From: an uncultured bacterium
GTDB lineage: Bacteria > Desulfobacterota > Deferrimicrobia > Deferrimicrobiales > Deferrimicrobiaceae
Length of the DNA: 64,000 nt
Assembly: GCA_963764045.1 (NCBI GenBank)
Contig: CAVXQW010000013.1
Location: 40 to 64,039 of the forward strand
Direction of reading: 5' to 3'
The translations under genes and the position numbers were made by a program. The notes below the pieces were generated by a model. The model did not search any database and was not told the origin of the DNA. It was given only the letters and a program-made list of their open reading frames with translations. Below are positions 32,395 to 41,585 of this stretch, piece after piece. Position 1 is the first letter of the stretch, and every line of letters starts with the position of its first letter.

Positions 32395-34173
32395 TCAGAA
32401 GTTGCGGGTGATGAACCCGCCGATGAAGTCCCTGTCGCCCAGCAACTGGTTGGTCCCCCAATAATTCGTGTAATTGAGCCCCGCCTGCCAGTGGGTCGGG
32501 GCGCTCTGGTTGAAGAGGATGTACGTGTTCATCGATTTGGCGCCTTGCAGGTAGTTCGCGGTGAGCGTCGGCGTATTCCCCTTGACGGCCTGGAAATAGG
32601 TGACTCCCGGGACGACGGTCCACCCCTTGATGAGCTTGTTGTCGTAGGCCCAGTTGAAGTCGACGGTGTAGCCGTACGAGTACTCATCCCCTACTCCGGC
32701 GATGGTGTTGTAGGTCGTGGGCCCCGCCCCCGCATCCCCCGTGACGGTGCCGTCCTTCCAGAACCCGTAGCCGGCCGCGGCGGCCTGCATCACCGGGACC
32801 CCGCCTATGTTACGGTAGTAACGCCTGCCGGGGCTGACCCCGGGGTATCGAATCCCCACGGCCTCGCCGGTGAACGTGGCGGTGTCCGCCCTCAGTATAT
32901 CAAGGAACCATCCGTGATCTCCCGGGGTCAGGCTCAGGATCCCCGTCAGGTGCATCTGGTACTTCTCCGTGTCGATATACATGGGGCAATTGACCGGGGG
33001 GGCCGCGTTAAAGATTGCATCCAGCGAGCCACCCGGGTTGTAACAGCTGGTCAGTGCGATGGCATCCTTCGGACGGTACGACAGCTCCCAGCCGACCGCC
33101 CAGTTCCCCACGGGGAAGTTTGCGCTGACCCCGTACAGCTTCCGGTTCTCCAGGTACTTCCACTGGGCCTCTCCATCGGCCAGCAAGCTCAGGACCGGCA
33201 TCTTGTCGTGGTAGTTCATGAAGTAGACCCCGAGGTCCAGGGAGACGCCTTCCGGCTTGTAGTGCATCGAGACGCCGTACTGCCCGCTGTTCTTCGGAGT
33301 CAGGTCGTTCGCGAAGGCGACAGGGATGGTGTTGGCGGGGAACGCCGGATCGGAAGCCGGGTCCAGTCCGCCGAAGTTCACGAAGTCGGGGGAAGAGGGG
33401 TTGCCATTAAGATACAGCGACTGACTGCCCTTTCCCAGAATGTCCGCGACGGAAAAATAGGTGCCGACGGGAGGCAACCGGTTCCGGTTCCAGTAGAATT
33501 GATAGTACGCCTCGGCATTGACGCCGTGGCCCAACCCCGACGCGACGCTGAGGATCGGAGCCGGGATGACGGCCTCTTTCAGCTGCGTTCCCGGAATCGA
33601 GAGCTTCTGGAAGTCCAGCGAGTTGGTGGCGTTGATCCCGCCGAGCGCGAAGATGCTCTCTCCCCAGTTGATGACCTGGTTCCCCAACCGGACACGGGCC
33701 CGCTGGGAGCCGATGTTCATGTCCTTGCTCACCCAGAGGTCCAGAAGCTGGATGTCCCGTGCGACCTGGTCTTTCGCCGCTGGAGAGAGCTCCGTCCGCT
33801 GGGTGTCCGTCGCCTTGTAGTCGTAGAGCGCGGTCGCCCGCGCCATGAACTTGATATTATCCGGGAACTTCAACAGCAGCTCCGGGGTGAACTTCAGATA
33901 CGTGGTGAAGAGGTTGTACTTGTCGTAGTTCAGGTTGCCGTCGTCGCCGTTGGAGGAAACAGCGGTGTTCGCCGCGGAGTTTATCCTGGGGTCGCCGATC
34001 AGGTTGGGGTTCTGGTTGACCATCCGCATCCCGGCGCCGAGGGTCAGCTGCATGTCCAGGGATCCCTTGACGGAATCGCTGGCTTCGAACTGGAACGCGT
34101 GCGCCGCGCCGGCGCACAGCACCATCATGCAAACCGGCATCCACAAACTCTTGTAGAGGGCTCTCATTCGCAT
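32395..34173 (-). CDS. DUF1302-family outer-membrane beta-barrel protein
   Basis: Signal peptide MRMRALYKSLWMPVCMMVLCAGAAHA. LGNQVINWGESIF motif and a C-terminal ..GGFITRNF aromatic terminus. ATG 34173 carries an AAGGAG Shine-Dalgarno inside ORF 32395-34473. Confidence 0.75.
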   Translation of the reverse strand: MRMRALYKSLWMPVCMMVLCAGAAHAFQFEASDSVKGSLDMQLTLGAGMRMVNQNPNLIGDPRINSAANTAVSSNGDDGNLNYDKYNLFTTYLKFTPELLLKFPDNIKFMARATALYDYKATDTQRTELSPAAKDQVARDIQLLDLWVSKDMNIGSQRARVRLGNQVINWGESIFALGGINATNSLDFQKLSIPGTQLKEAVIPAPILSVASGLGHGVNAEAYYQFYWNRNRLPPVGTYFSVADILGKGSQSLYLNGNPSSPDFVNFGGLDPASDPAFPANTIPVAFANDLTPKNSGQYGVSMHYKPEGVSLDLGVYFMNYHDKMPVLSLLADGEAQWKYLENRKLYGVSANFPVGNWAVGWELSYRPKDAIALTSCYNPGGSLDAIFNAAPPVNCPMYIDTEKYQMHLTGILSLTPGDHGWFLDILRADTATFTGEAVGIRYPGVSPGRRYYRNIGGVPVMQAAAAGYGFWKDGTVTGDAGAGPTTYNTIAGVGDEYSYGYTVDFNWAYDNKLIKGWTVVPGVTYFQAVKGNTPTLTANYLQGAKSMNTYILFNQSAPTHWQAGLNYTNYWGTNQLLGDRDFIGGFITRNF

Positions 34174-34180
34174 CGCTCCT

Positions 34181-35563
34181 TTACCGCTCACTGATCGAGC
34201 GAAGGTTTTCACCCGTGTACCAGTCCGACTTGAAACGCGGCGAGTTTGACTCCACGTAATACACCATGTCCTTGCCCGTCCCGATCGTGCTCTGGTCGCA
34301 GACGTACCGTCCGCTGACCAGGTCGTACGCGACGAACGGGAAGTGGTCGAACGTGCCGCCAAGCTCCCAGATCGGGATCGGGTACCCTTCCTCGACCTTC
34401 CACAGGCCTCCCTTGGCATCGTACTGGTCGGCGATGAGCGCCAGATAGGTATCCTCGTCGAAATAGAAGACACGCTTCGGCATGGTATGCCGCATCCCCT
34501 TCTTCAGGGTCGCCTCCACCATCCACACCCGGTGCAGCTCGTACCGCCGGCTCTCGTTGGCCAGGTGCTTCAGCTGGAGCACGTCGTGCAGCGGCTTCCG
34601 GAAGTCGTACATGCCGAAGCTGTTGTACGGGACGTACATCTCCTTCTTGCCGACGATCTTCCAGTCGAACCGGTCGGGTCGCCCCAGGAAGACCCACGCC
34701 GTGTCGAGCGGGTACTGGTTTTCGAACCCGATCTGCGGAGCGTCGTAGGCGTAAGCGGGCAGACGACGCACGCGGCGCTGCCCAGGGAAGTAGAAGAAGG
34801 CCTCGCGGTCCTTGTTCGTATAGTCGCAGATGAAGATCCGCTGCCCGGCGAGCGCCGCCGGGCTGTCGTACCCGAAGTCGATGCAATACATGAGATCGCT
34901 CGCCTGCTTCAGGGTGTTGGTCCCCTTTTTCCCCCAGGGGTAGAACGTCGACTGCGGGCCGGCCGGGGCGAGCCACTCCGTACTGCCGGGGCGTGGCGAG
35001 ACCGCCGTGGTGGTTCTGGGCATTTCGTTCCCGATTCCCTTGTACCGCATCAGGAAGTTCCAGATGATTTCCGACCCGTCTTTCGGAAACGGAAACAGGA
35101 TGCCGGGAAGATCCGCGGCCAGCAGATCGGTGCCGTCCTTGCTGAGCTTGGCGGCCCCCGCCGCGTTTTTCCGGATGTTCGCCTCGATCCAGTCCGGGTA
35201 ACCCGCGTTCCGGTGGGACGGGTACACGTCCATCCGGTACCCCTGGGTCTGCTTGACCATCTGCACCTGCCCCGGGCTCAGCTTGTCCTTGTACTTGTCG
35301 ACGTTGGAGGCGTCGATGGAGAAGAGCGGCTTTTCATCCTTGAATTTCCAGTAATCGCCGCGGTATTTCCCCAGGGACCACCCCGGCAGGGGTACGTCCT
35401 TCCCGTCCCATGCGGGGATCGTCCCGTCCTTGTTTCCCGCCTTTTCGGCGCCTGCGTAGTTCAGGTCTTTCCCCAGCCGGGCCACCTCCTGGGGCGTTGC
35501 CCCCCATGCCGTGACCGCTGCCGCCGCGATGAGCGTGACCACAACCAGAACCCGTTTCATCAT
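34181..35563 (-). CDS. DUF1329-family periplasmic/outer-membrane (LolA-like) protein
   Basis: Signal peptide MMKRVLVVVTLIAAAAVTAWG. GTIPAWDG.., ..FYFPGQRRVRRLP.., ..YELHRVWMVEA are typical of the family. GGGAGGAG Shine-Dalgarno. Confidence 0.75.
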   Translation of the reverse strand: MMKRVLVVVTLIAAAAVTAWGATPQEVARLGKDLNYAGAEKAGNKDGTIPAWDGKDVPLPGWSLGKYRGDYWKFKDEKPLFSIDASNVDKYKDKLSPGQVQMVKQTQGYRMDVYPSHRNAGYPDWIEANIRKNAAGAAKLSKDGTDLLAADLPGILFPFPKDGSEIIWNFLMRYKGIGNEMPRTTTAVSPRPGSTEWLAPAGPQSTFYPWGKKGTNTLKQASDLMYCIDFGYDSPAALAGQRIFICDYTNKDREAFFYFPGQRRVRRLPAYAYDAPQIGFENQYPLDTAWVFLGRPDRFDWKIVGKKEMYVPYNSFGMYDFRKPLHDVLQLKHLANESRRYELHRVWMVEATLKKGMRHTMPKRVFYFDEDTYLALIADQYDAKGGLWKVEEGYPIPIWELGGTFDHFPFVAYDLVSGRYVCDQSTIGTGKDMVYYVESNSPRFKSDWYTGENLRSISER

Positions 35564-35670
35564 CTCCTCCCCCCCACTGTCTGGATTACTTCCCGACCCA
35601 TTAAACCCAACGATTCGCCGAACAAATCCCGGAAGCTCGTTTCGAGTGAAAACCGATGCGAGCAAAAACA

Positions 35671-35685
35671 GCAAACTTCGTTCCA
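35671..35685 (-). promoter_or_regulatory. sigma54 (-24/-12)-like promoter upstream of the DUF1329 operon
   Basis: The minus strand reads TGGAACGAAGTTTGC (GG-N10-GC). It lies about 110 nt upstream of ATG 35563. Confidence 0.5.
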
Positions 35686-35810
35686 ATGCTGTGCTACGAC
35701 CGCTACCAAAAGCAAAATATCATAAAAAACTTGCGTATAGCAACGTTAATTCTGTTTATAAAACAACAGTCGCTGCTCGCCTCCGCCCTTGTTCATCATG
35801 GTGATTCCCT

Positions 35811-35846
35811 AAATTGAGACGACGTTATGTAACGCTGTCTCAATTT
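35811..35846. promoter_or_regulatory. 10-bp perfect inverted repeat between the qhp operon end and the DUF1329 promoter (terminator or activator site)
   Basis: AAATTGAGAC (35811-35820), 16-nt spacer, GTCTCAATTT (35837-35846). It lies 22 nt downstream of the qhpE stop and about 150 nt upstream of the sigma54-like promoter. Confidence 0.4.
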
Positions 35847-35867
35847 CGACCCGGGCCTCCCCTTTTT

Positions 35868-36606
35868 TCACCCATACCGTTCCCTCAATATTTCCCTCAA
35901 GTTATCCAGGTCGGCGTCGGGGGACTCTTCGAGCAGGCATGCGATCGCGCCCGAGACCCTCGCGGCGGCGAAGCTGTTCCCCCGGAAATTCCTCTCCCGG
36001 GGCAGACCCGGAAGGGAGCGGGGCCACGGGGAGGCAAGACATTCGCACGGATCGCCGTGACGGTACCTCAGCGTGTCTTCCCCGAGGCGCCCGTCCCCCT
36101 TTACGCCGATGACCTCGTCGTACGAGGCCGGTACGCTCTCCCCCTTCGATCCGTTCCGCGCGGACGCCACCAGGATGATCCCCGCCCGCGCCGCGTCGCG
36201 GCAAAGGCGGCGCAGCGAGGAAGCGTCCTGCGCCGCCTGCCATCCCAAGGCTGAGATTCACCACCCTTGCACCCGCCTCCAGAGCGTACGACAACGCGCC
36301 CTCCAGGACATCCGGCGTCGTGGCGAGCGCGCCATTGAAGATCTTGAGGGCGAAGAGATCGGCCTCGGGCGCCACGTGACGGATCACCGCGGCGATGGCG
36401 GTTCCGTGGCCGGTCGTGTCCTCGTAGTTCGACCCCCGATGGACCGAGCCGTCCTCCCCGCGGAAGATCCCGGCCCCTTCGATCCTCCCCCCGACATGGG
36501 AGTGACGCGGGTTGACGCCCGAGTCGACGACGACGACGCGGACCCCGAACCCTGCCGGCACACCGGGAGGGCGAACGCCCCAGGGGATCGCGCAACGCCT
36601 ACGCAC
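35868..36606 (-). pseudogene. qhpE: subtilisin-like S8 serine protease QhpE (leader peptidase of QhpC), one frameshift near 36240
   Basis: Asp VRVVVVDSGV and His TTGHGTAIAAVI are in ORF 35902-36669. Ser FRGNSFAAARVSG is in ORF 35868-36248. The putative GTG start at 36606 overlaps the qhpF stop. Small size (about 245 aa) and no signal peptide, as expected for QhpE. Confidence 0.7.
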
Positions 36607-38338
36607 GGACGTCTTCCTCCAAAGTCCGCGTTTCGTCGGCGCAGACGCGAAGGAACGATTTGTACGCACCCCGTTGCCGCATCAATTCCCCGTGCGTCCC
36701 AAGGTGGCTGATCCGCCCGCCCGAAAGGACCACGATCAGATCCGCATCCCGGACGGCGTGGATCCGATGGGTCACGATCAAGGTCGTCTTCCCCTCCATC
36801 AACTCCGCGATCGCGCGCCGGACACGATCTTCCGAGAGGAGGTCGAGGGAGGAAGTCGCCTCGTCGAGGATGAGGATCTCCGGAGCGCGGAGGAACGCCC
36901 GGGCAAGAGCCACCCGCTGCCGCTGCCCCGCGGAAAGGGATAACCCCCGCTCTCCGACGATGGTCGAAAGGCCGAGCGGCAGGGAGCGGACGAACTCCGT
37001 CAAGTCGGCGTTCGCGACGGCATCGGCGATCCGCGCGGGGCCGGCGTCGGGTGTCCCGTACCGGATGTTCTCCTCGAGGGTCCCTTGAAAAAGGTACGGC
37101 TCGGTGGAGACCTGTGCGATCCGCCGCCGGAGCGTGGCGCGGCGAAGCCGCCCCAACGGGACTCCGTCAAGCCGGATCTCCCCCCCTTGCGGCTCGTAGT
37201 AGCGGAGGAGAAGGTCCACGAGCGTCGATTTTCCGACGCCGCTCTCCCCGACGAGCGCCACCGTCTTTCCGGCGGGGAGGGTCAGCGACAGGCGGTCGAG
37301 GATACGGGCCTCGCCGCCGTACGCGAAGACGACCCCGTCAAAGACGATCCCCTCCTTCAGGGAGACGAACTCTTCCGCCCCTTCCGGGTCCTTCTCCACG
37401 GGAACGTCGAAAAACTCGAACACGCGCGCAAGCGAAGCCCTCCCTTTCCGCAACGCCGCGTACTGTCCAAGGAGGTTCTGGATCGGCGCGATCACCTGCA
37501 TCTGGAAGGCGGTAAATGCCACAAGGGTCCCGACGGAGATCGCCCCGTCCCGGACCATCGAGCCGCCGTAGAGGAAAGCGAGCGTGGCCGAGCACCCCAG
37601 CACGAACGAGGGGATCCCGCGGGACAGGGAGAAGATCGTCTGGAACCGGAGAACGGAGGCCACCAGCGACAGGTTCTCCTCCTCGAACCTTCGCCGTTCC
37701 TGGCATTCCGTGGCGCTGGAACGCACCAGTCGTATTCCCGTGAAGGTATCGATGATGCGGGTCCCCACGGCGGCGTTCTTCTCCCGGAGCTCGCGGCTCA
37801 TTCCCGTGATGACGTTGCGGGTCAGCCAGAGGCCCAGCACGCCCAACGGGACGAGGACGTTGCTCACGAGGAAGAGGGACCAGGACATGGCGACGAGGAT
37901 GGCGGAGGCGACGACGAGCCGGACGGAGCTGGTGACGAAGGCCATCGGGACGTCCACGAGAATCCCCTGGACCTCCACCATGTCGTTGTTGAGCCGCGCG
38001 ACGATCTCCCCTACCCGCGTCCGCCCGAAGAATCGCATCTCGGCGCGCTCCAGATGATCGAAGAGGGCGACCCGCATGGCGACGAGGATCTTCGCAGACC
38101 CTCGCGTGTAGAGGTAGCTGCTGACGCCGCCGAGGACCATCCCCGCGGCGGCGAAAAGAACCATGGTGAGGAGAAGGGGGGGCAGCGCCGCCCAGTTTCC
38201 GCGCAGGATCACGTCGTCCACCAGCCTCTTCGACAGGAAAGGGGCGTACAGGGAAGCCGCCGTCGCGAGAAGGGACAGTGCGAAGGTCGCGGCGAGAATT
38301 CCCCGCTGGGGCCGAACGAATCTCCACAAAGAGACCAT
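36599..38338 (-). CDS. qhpF: ABC exporter, fused TMD-NBD (QhpF-like peptide exporter)
   Basis: 579 aa starting at ATG 38338 (MVSLWRFVRPQRGIL..). Six-TM exporter domain followed by GESGVGKSTL, LSAGQRQRVALARA and ILILDEATSSLD. The longer ORF 36599-39274 is an antisense read-through. Confidence 0.85.
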   Translation of the reverse strand: MVSLWRFVRPQRGILAATFALSLLATAASLYAPFLSKRLVDDVILRGNWAALPPLLLTMVLFAAAGMVLGGVSSYLYTRGSAKILVAMRVALFDHLERAEMRFFGRTRVGEIVARLNNDMVEVQGILVDVPMAFVTSSVRLVVASAILVAMSWSLFLVSNVLVPLGVLGLWLTRNVITGMSRELREKNAAVGTRIIDTFTGIRLVRSSATECQERRRFEEENLSLVASVLRFQTIFSLSRGIPSFVLGCSATLAFLYGGSMVRDGAISVGTLVAFTAFQMQVIAPIQNLLGQYAALRKGRASLARVFEFFDVPVEKDPEGAEEFVSLKEGIVFDGVVFAYGGEARILDRLSLTLPAGKTVALVGESGVGKSTLVDLLLRYYEPQGGEIRLDGVPLGRLRRATLRRRIAQVSTEPYLFQGTLEENIRYGTPDAGPARIADAVANADLTEFVRSLPLGLSTIVGERGLSLSAGQRQRVALARAFLRAPEILILDEATSSLDLLSEDRVRRAIAELMEGKTTLIVTHRIHAVRDADLIVVLSGGRISHLGTHGELMRQRGAYKSFLRVCADETRTLEEDVRA

Positions 38339-38346
38339 CCGCTTTC

Positions 38347-39369
38347 TCACGACGCCTCCTCCCGGTAGTAGCACATGTAGCGCGCGTCGCAGAACTTCGG
38401 CGTTTTCCGGAGCGCAACAGCCTTGGACGCCGCCTCTTCCCGGGAGGCCCCCCGTTCCACCAGGTCGAGGACCCCGCGAACCATCTGGAGGCCCACGAGC
38501 TTCCGGTAACTCGAGGCGCCGCGTCCGGAGATCTTGATGGAAGTCACTCCCGTGCGGGCGAGGTCGAAGAGCGCGCAGAGCCCGCAGGGGCCGTTCGGGA
38601 TCCCGTCGGGAGTGACCGAATTGCCGCAACCGTTCTGGAACCAGACCCAATCCTTGAACGCGCCCATCAGTTCCCGCGCCCGTTCCTCTTCCTCCCCGGT
38701 CAGGGATCCCTCGGGCTCTTCTCCCAGCGGAAGGAAACGGTGCGGGACGCCCGGGAGCTGCACGCAAAGGGCGCCGACGCTCCGGTGCGTGGTCATGCAG
38801 TACCCTTCCTCGAACACGCACCCTTCGTTCATGACGAACGCTTCCGTCTCCAGCCGGCCCGCCGCCGCATCGCAAAGGGACGCGATGTCCGCCACGCCGA
38901 GACTGCGGGGGAAGATCACCCGACGGACCCCCAGCTCCTCGAGGAAATCGACCATGCCGGGGTTGAGCGCCGCCATCACCGAGCTGGCGTGGACGGAAAG
39001 CGCGGGGAAGGCGCACCGCAGCGCCACGAGGAAGCCCATGTCGGAGACGATGACGCCATCGATGCCGGATTCCCGCGCGAGCCCGCCGATCATGGGCAGG
39101 AGAAGGTCCTGCTGCTCCGGCGTGTAGTAGGGGGCATTGAACGTCACGTGGACGGGGATGCCGAAGGCGTGGGACCGCTCGGTCAGGAGAGAGACGTCGT
39201 CCCGTTGAACGAGGTTCCCCGCCACCGGCCCCCTTCGGTTGAGCCAGAAGGCGCCGCCGTACCGCTTGAGCCACTCGGGGGGGACGTACCCGCAGAAGAA
39301 CTCGCCCGCACCGTTCCCGGCAAGCATCTCCACCTCGTCGGGGTGGCTGACCGGTACGGTGAGCTTCAT
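38347..39369 (-). CDS. U32-family Fe-S protein, UbiU-like
   Basis: MKLTVPVSHPDEVEMLAGNGAGEFFCG.., GIDGVIVSDMGFL, VIFPRSL, Cys pattern EGCVFEEGYC..GALC..GPCGLC, SIKISGRGAS. ATG 39369 overlaps the upstream U32 stop (ATGA). 8 nt separate it from qhpF. Confidence 0.75.
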   Translation of the reverse strand: MKLTVPVSHPDEVEMLAGNGAGEFFCGYVPPEWLKRYGGAFWLNRRGPVAGNLVQRDDVSLLTERSHAFGIPVHVTFNAPYYTPEQQDLLLPMIGGLARESGIDGVIVSDMGFLVALRCAFPALSVHASSVMAALNPGMVDFLEELGVRRVIFPRSLGVADIASLCDAAAGRLETEAFVMNEGCVFEEGYCMTTHRSVGALCVQLPGVPHRFLPLGEEPEGSLTGEEEERARELMGAFKDWVWFQNGCGNSVTPDGIPNGPCGLCALFDLARTGVTSIKISGRGASSYRKLVGLQMVRGVLDLVERGASREEAASKAVALRKTPKFCDARYMCYYREEAS

Positions 39370-40436
39370 CCCGTCGCCCGATCCCCCATGGCCGACATCC
39401 ATGGATGGCTTCCTGCCGGGGCGGGCAGGGATGCCCCGGCTTCCGTGGCCCCGGGCGGAACGGTAATGACGATCCGGTCCACCCGCCGGGAGGAGGAAAT
39501 CCGCCCCAGGATGCTCCCGGTGACGGAGGACGGAACCGCGTGGTAATACGCGTTCCCGAGGTTCAGGAGGTCTTTCTCCGCCCCGTTCCCCCCGGGAACG
39601 GGCAGGCGGAACTCGACGGCGTACTTCCGGCACTCCGACCGGCAAGGAGTGCCGGGGACGAATTTTGCGGCGGATTCCTGGTGCATCGCCCCCAACAGGC
39701 AGGCGCGCCCCATGGTGACGAACAGGTACGGAACGTGAACCGACAGCCTCTCGGACCGGCTCTCCCACTCGTCCGCCTCGAGCGGCTGGAGGAACGGATC
39801 GATTTCCCGGCGCCCGATGCCGTACCGCTCCATCAGGGCCCGGAAACCCGGTGCGAGCTCCCCAGACCGGCAGAGGGCCGCCCGGGCAGACGCCGGCGCC
39901 TGCGGGGAATCGAAATATTCCGCGAGCCGCGGGTCGCGCAGCATCTTGTGCGTCAGGCGGCCCAGGACGATCACGAGCTTCGGGTGGCGGGACCTCAGGC
40001 GGTGGACCGTCCCCCAGTCGCCGGCGACGACCTCGAAGCCCTCCACTCCTTCCAGCGTCCGGACCGCTTTTTCCGCCTTGGCCAGGCCGTCCCGCGACAG
40101 CGGCGGCAGGACGAGGGATAAGGCGACCCGCCCCGCCTGCGCCGCCACGACCCAGGAGCGGATCGCCTTCCCCGTCGGGAGGAGCTGCTCACACGTCTCG
40201 CTGCCGACGTACACCCGCGACGGAACGGCCCCGGGGAGGTGCCGGGGGAACGTTTCCGCGAGCATGGCGCGAATATCGGGCGTCACGGCGGCGCGCAGCG
40301 TCTCGTCAAGGGAGACCTCCCCGCGAAGAACCGAGGGCAGCGGGCCGGCGAGAAAGGGGAAGGAGATCCCCACTTCCACGCCGTGTTCCGCGCCCCCCCG
40401 CGGAGACGCCTCCCGGTGATGCCGGTTCGGGAGCAA
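39366..40436 (-). CDS. U32-family Fe-S protein, UbiV-like
   Basis: RVYVGSETCEQLLP, FEVVAGDWGTVHRL, LFVTMGRACLLG..GTPCRSECRKY (C..C-x19-C-x3-C), LLNLGNAYYH. The true start may be an internal GTG near 40379. The ORF start lies 13 nt downstream of the qhpB stop. Confidence 0.7.
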   Translation of the reverse strand: MLPNRHHREASPRGGAEHGVEVGISFPFLAGPLPSVLRGEVSLDETLRAAVTPDIRAMLAETFPRHLPGAVPSRVYVGSETCEQLLPTGKAIRSWVVAAQAGRVALSLVLPPLSRDGLAKAEKAVRTLEGVEGFEVVAGDWGTVHRLRSRHPKLVIVLGRLTHKMLRDPRLAEYFDSPQAPASARAALCRSGELAPGFRALMERYGIGRREIDPFLQPLEADEWESRSERLSVHVPYLFVTMGRACLLGAMHQESAAKFVPGTPCRSECRKYAVEFRLPVPGGNGAEKDLLNLGNAYYHAVPSSVTGSILGRISSSRRVDRIVITVPPGATEAGASLPAPAGSHPWMSAMGDRATG

Positions 40437-40449
40437 GCGGCCGGGCCCC

Positions 40450-41532
40450 CTACCGATGCTGGACGCGGAAGTGCGTGAGGACCGCGTCCCCGGGGGTACT
40501 GATGTGCTTCAGCAGCTTCATCGTTCCCGTGTCGTAGATCAGGATCGAGTCGCCGCCGCCGCCCAGGTACACCTTCTTCCCGTCGGAGCTGATCTGGATC
40601 GTGTAGTAGCTCTTGTCGACGTCGGCGGTGGCCAGCAACTCGTTCGTCGCGAAGTCCCTCTTCTCGACCTTGTTGAGCACCGTGTAGTAATACTTCCGGT
40701 CGGGGGAGACGACCGCCGAGAACTGGTTGTAGAGAGGACCGATGTCGGTCACGAGCCGCATCGACCCTTCCGTGCTCTTCTTCCTGAGGTCGATGGTGTA
40801 GTACCCCTGGTACGTGAGGTTGTTCGAGGTGTTCAGGCTGCCGACCAGGATCATCGCCATCCCGGACTGGTCGTAAAGCCGCCAGATGTTCAGGGAGATC
40901 TGCGGGTCGACGCCGGTCGTGGTCGGGTGGGCAAGCCCGAGGAAGTTCACCCGCTTCCCCGTCATGGGGTCGTAGACGAAGACGTCGCGCCCCGTGATAT
41001 AGAACTCGCTCCCGTCGTAGCCGAAGAAGATGTTCGTGCAGCCGCGCGGGACCTCGATCTCCTTGACGACCTTCGGAGGATCGACCCCGACGTCGAATAC
41101 GATCACTTCGGGCGTCATGTCGACGATCTCGTCCGAAAGCCACCGCTGCCGCAGGGAGAGGGCGTAAAGAAGGTTTGGGTGCGCCGGGTTGATCTCGATG
41201 TCGAGGGCCCGGACCTTGACGTCGCCCGATCCGGTGCGGAACGTGCGGACCACCTTCTTCCCCGCCAGGTCGAGCTGCTCGATCTGCTGCCCCCAGTCGG
41301 TGATGGTGAAGATCTTGTCGAGGTCCCTCGGGTCCCAGGTGAAATTGGTGACCTTCTTCCCCTTGGTTTCGATCGTGGCGACGATCTCGTCCTTGTCGCC
41401 GTCGATGACGTTGAACTTGTTGTGGAGCATCCCCTGCAGGAGGATGTCCTTGCCGAGTGCCGGGGCGTTGCCCGAGGCGAGGAGCAGGGCCGTCCCGAGC
41501 AGCACCAACGCGAAAAAGGCCGTTCTCTTCAT
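40450..41532 (-). CDS. qhpB: quinohemoprotein amine dehydrogenase beta subunit (7-bladed propeller)
   Basis: Signal peptide MKRTAFFALVLLGTALLLASG, size about 360 aa, repeated blade-like segments, and its position after qhpC. The assignment rests mainly on context plus family resemblance. Confidence 0.7.
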   Translation of the reverse strand: MKRTAFFALVLLGTALLLASGNAPALGKDILLQGMLHNKFNVIDGDKDEIVATIETKGKKVTNFTWDPRDLDKIFTITDWGQQIEQLDLAGKKVVRTFRTGSGDVKVRALDIEINPAHPNLLYALSLRQRWLSDEIVDMTPEVIVFDVGVDPPKVVKEIEVPRGCTNIFFGYDGSEFYITGRDVFVYDPMTGKRVNFLGLAHPTTTGVDPQISLNIWRLYDQSGMAMILVGSLNTSNNLTYQGYYTIDLRKKSTEGSMRLVTDIGPLYNQFSAVVSPDRKYYYTVLNKVEKRDFATNELLATADVDKSYYTIQISSDGKKVYLGGGGDSILIYDTGTMKLLKHISTPGDAVLTHFRVQHR

Positions 41533-41585
41533 CGTATCGTTCCCTCCGTGGGATTATTCCGTGTCATGCGCCGCACCGCGGCTTC

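Noticed and set aside
38347-40436. Reading the two U32-family genes literally as 'collagenase-type peptidases' that process the QhpC leader
   Set aside because: A dedicated S8 leader protease (qhpE) is already present. Both ORFs conserve four-Cys Fe-S patterns like UbiU/UbiV rather than any protease catalytic residues I can recognise. The hydroxylase interpretation is favoured but unproven.
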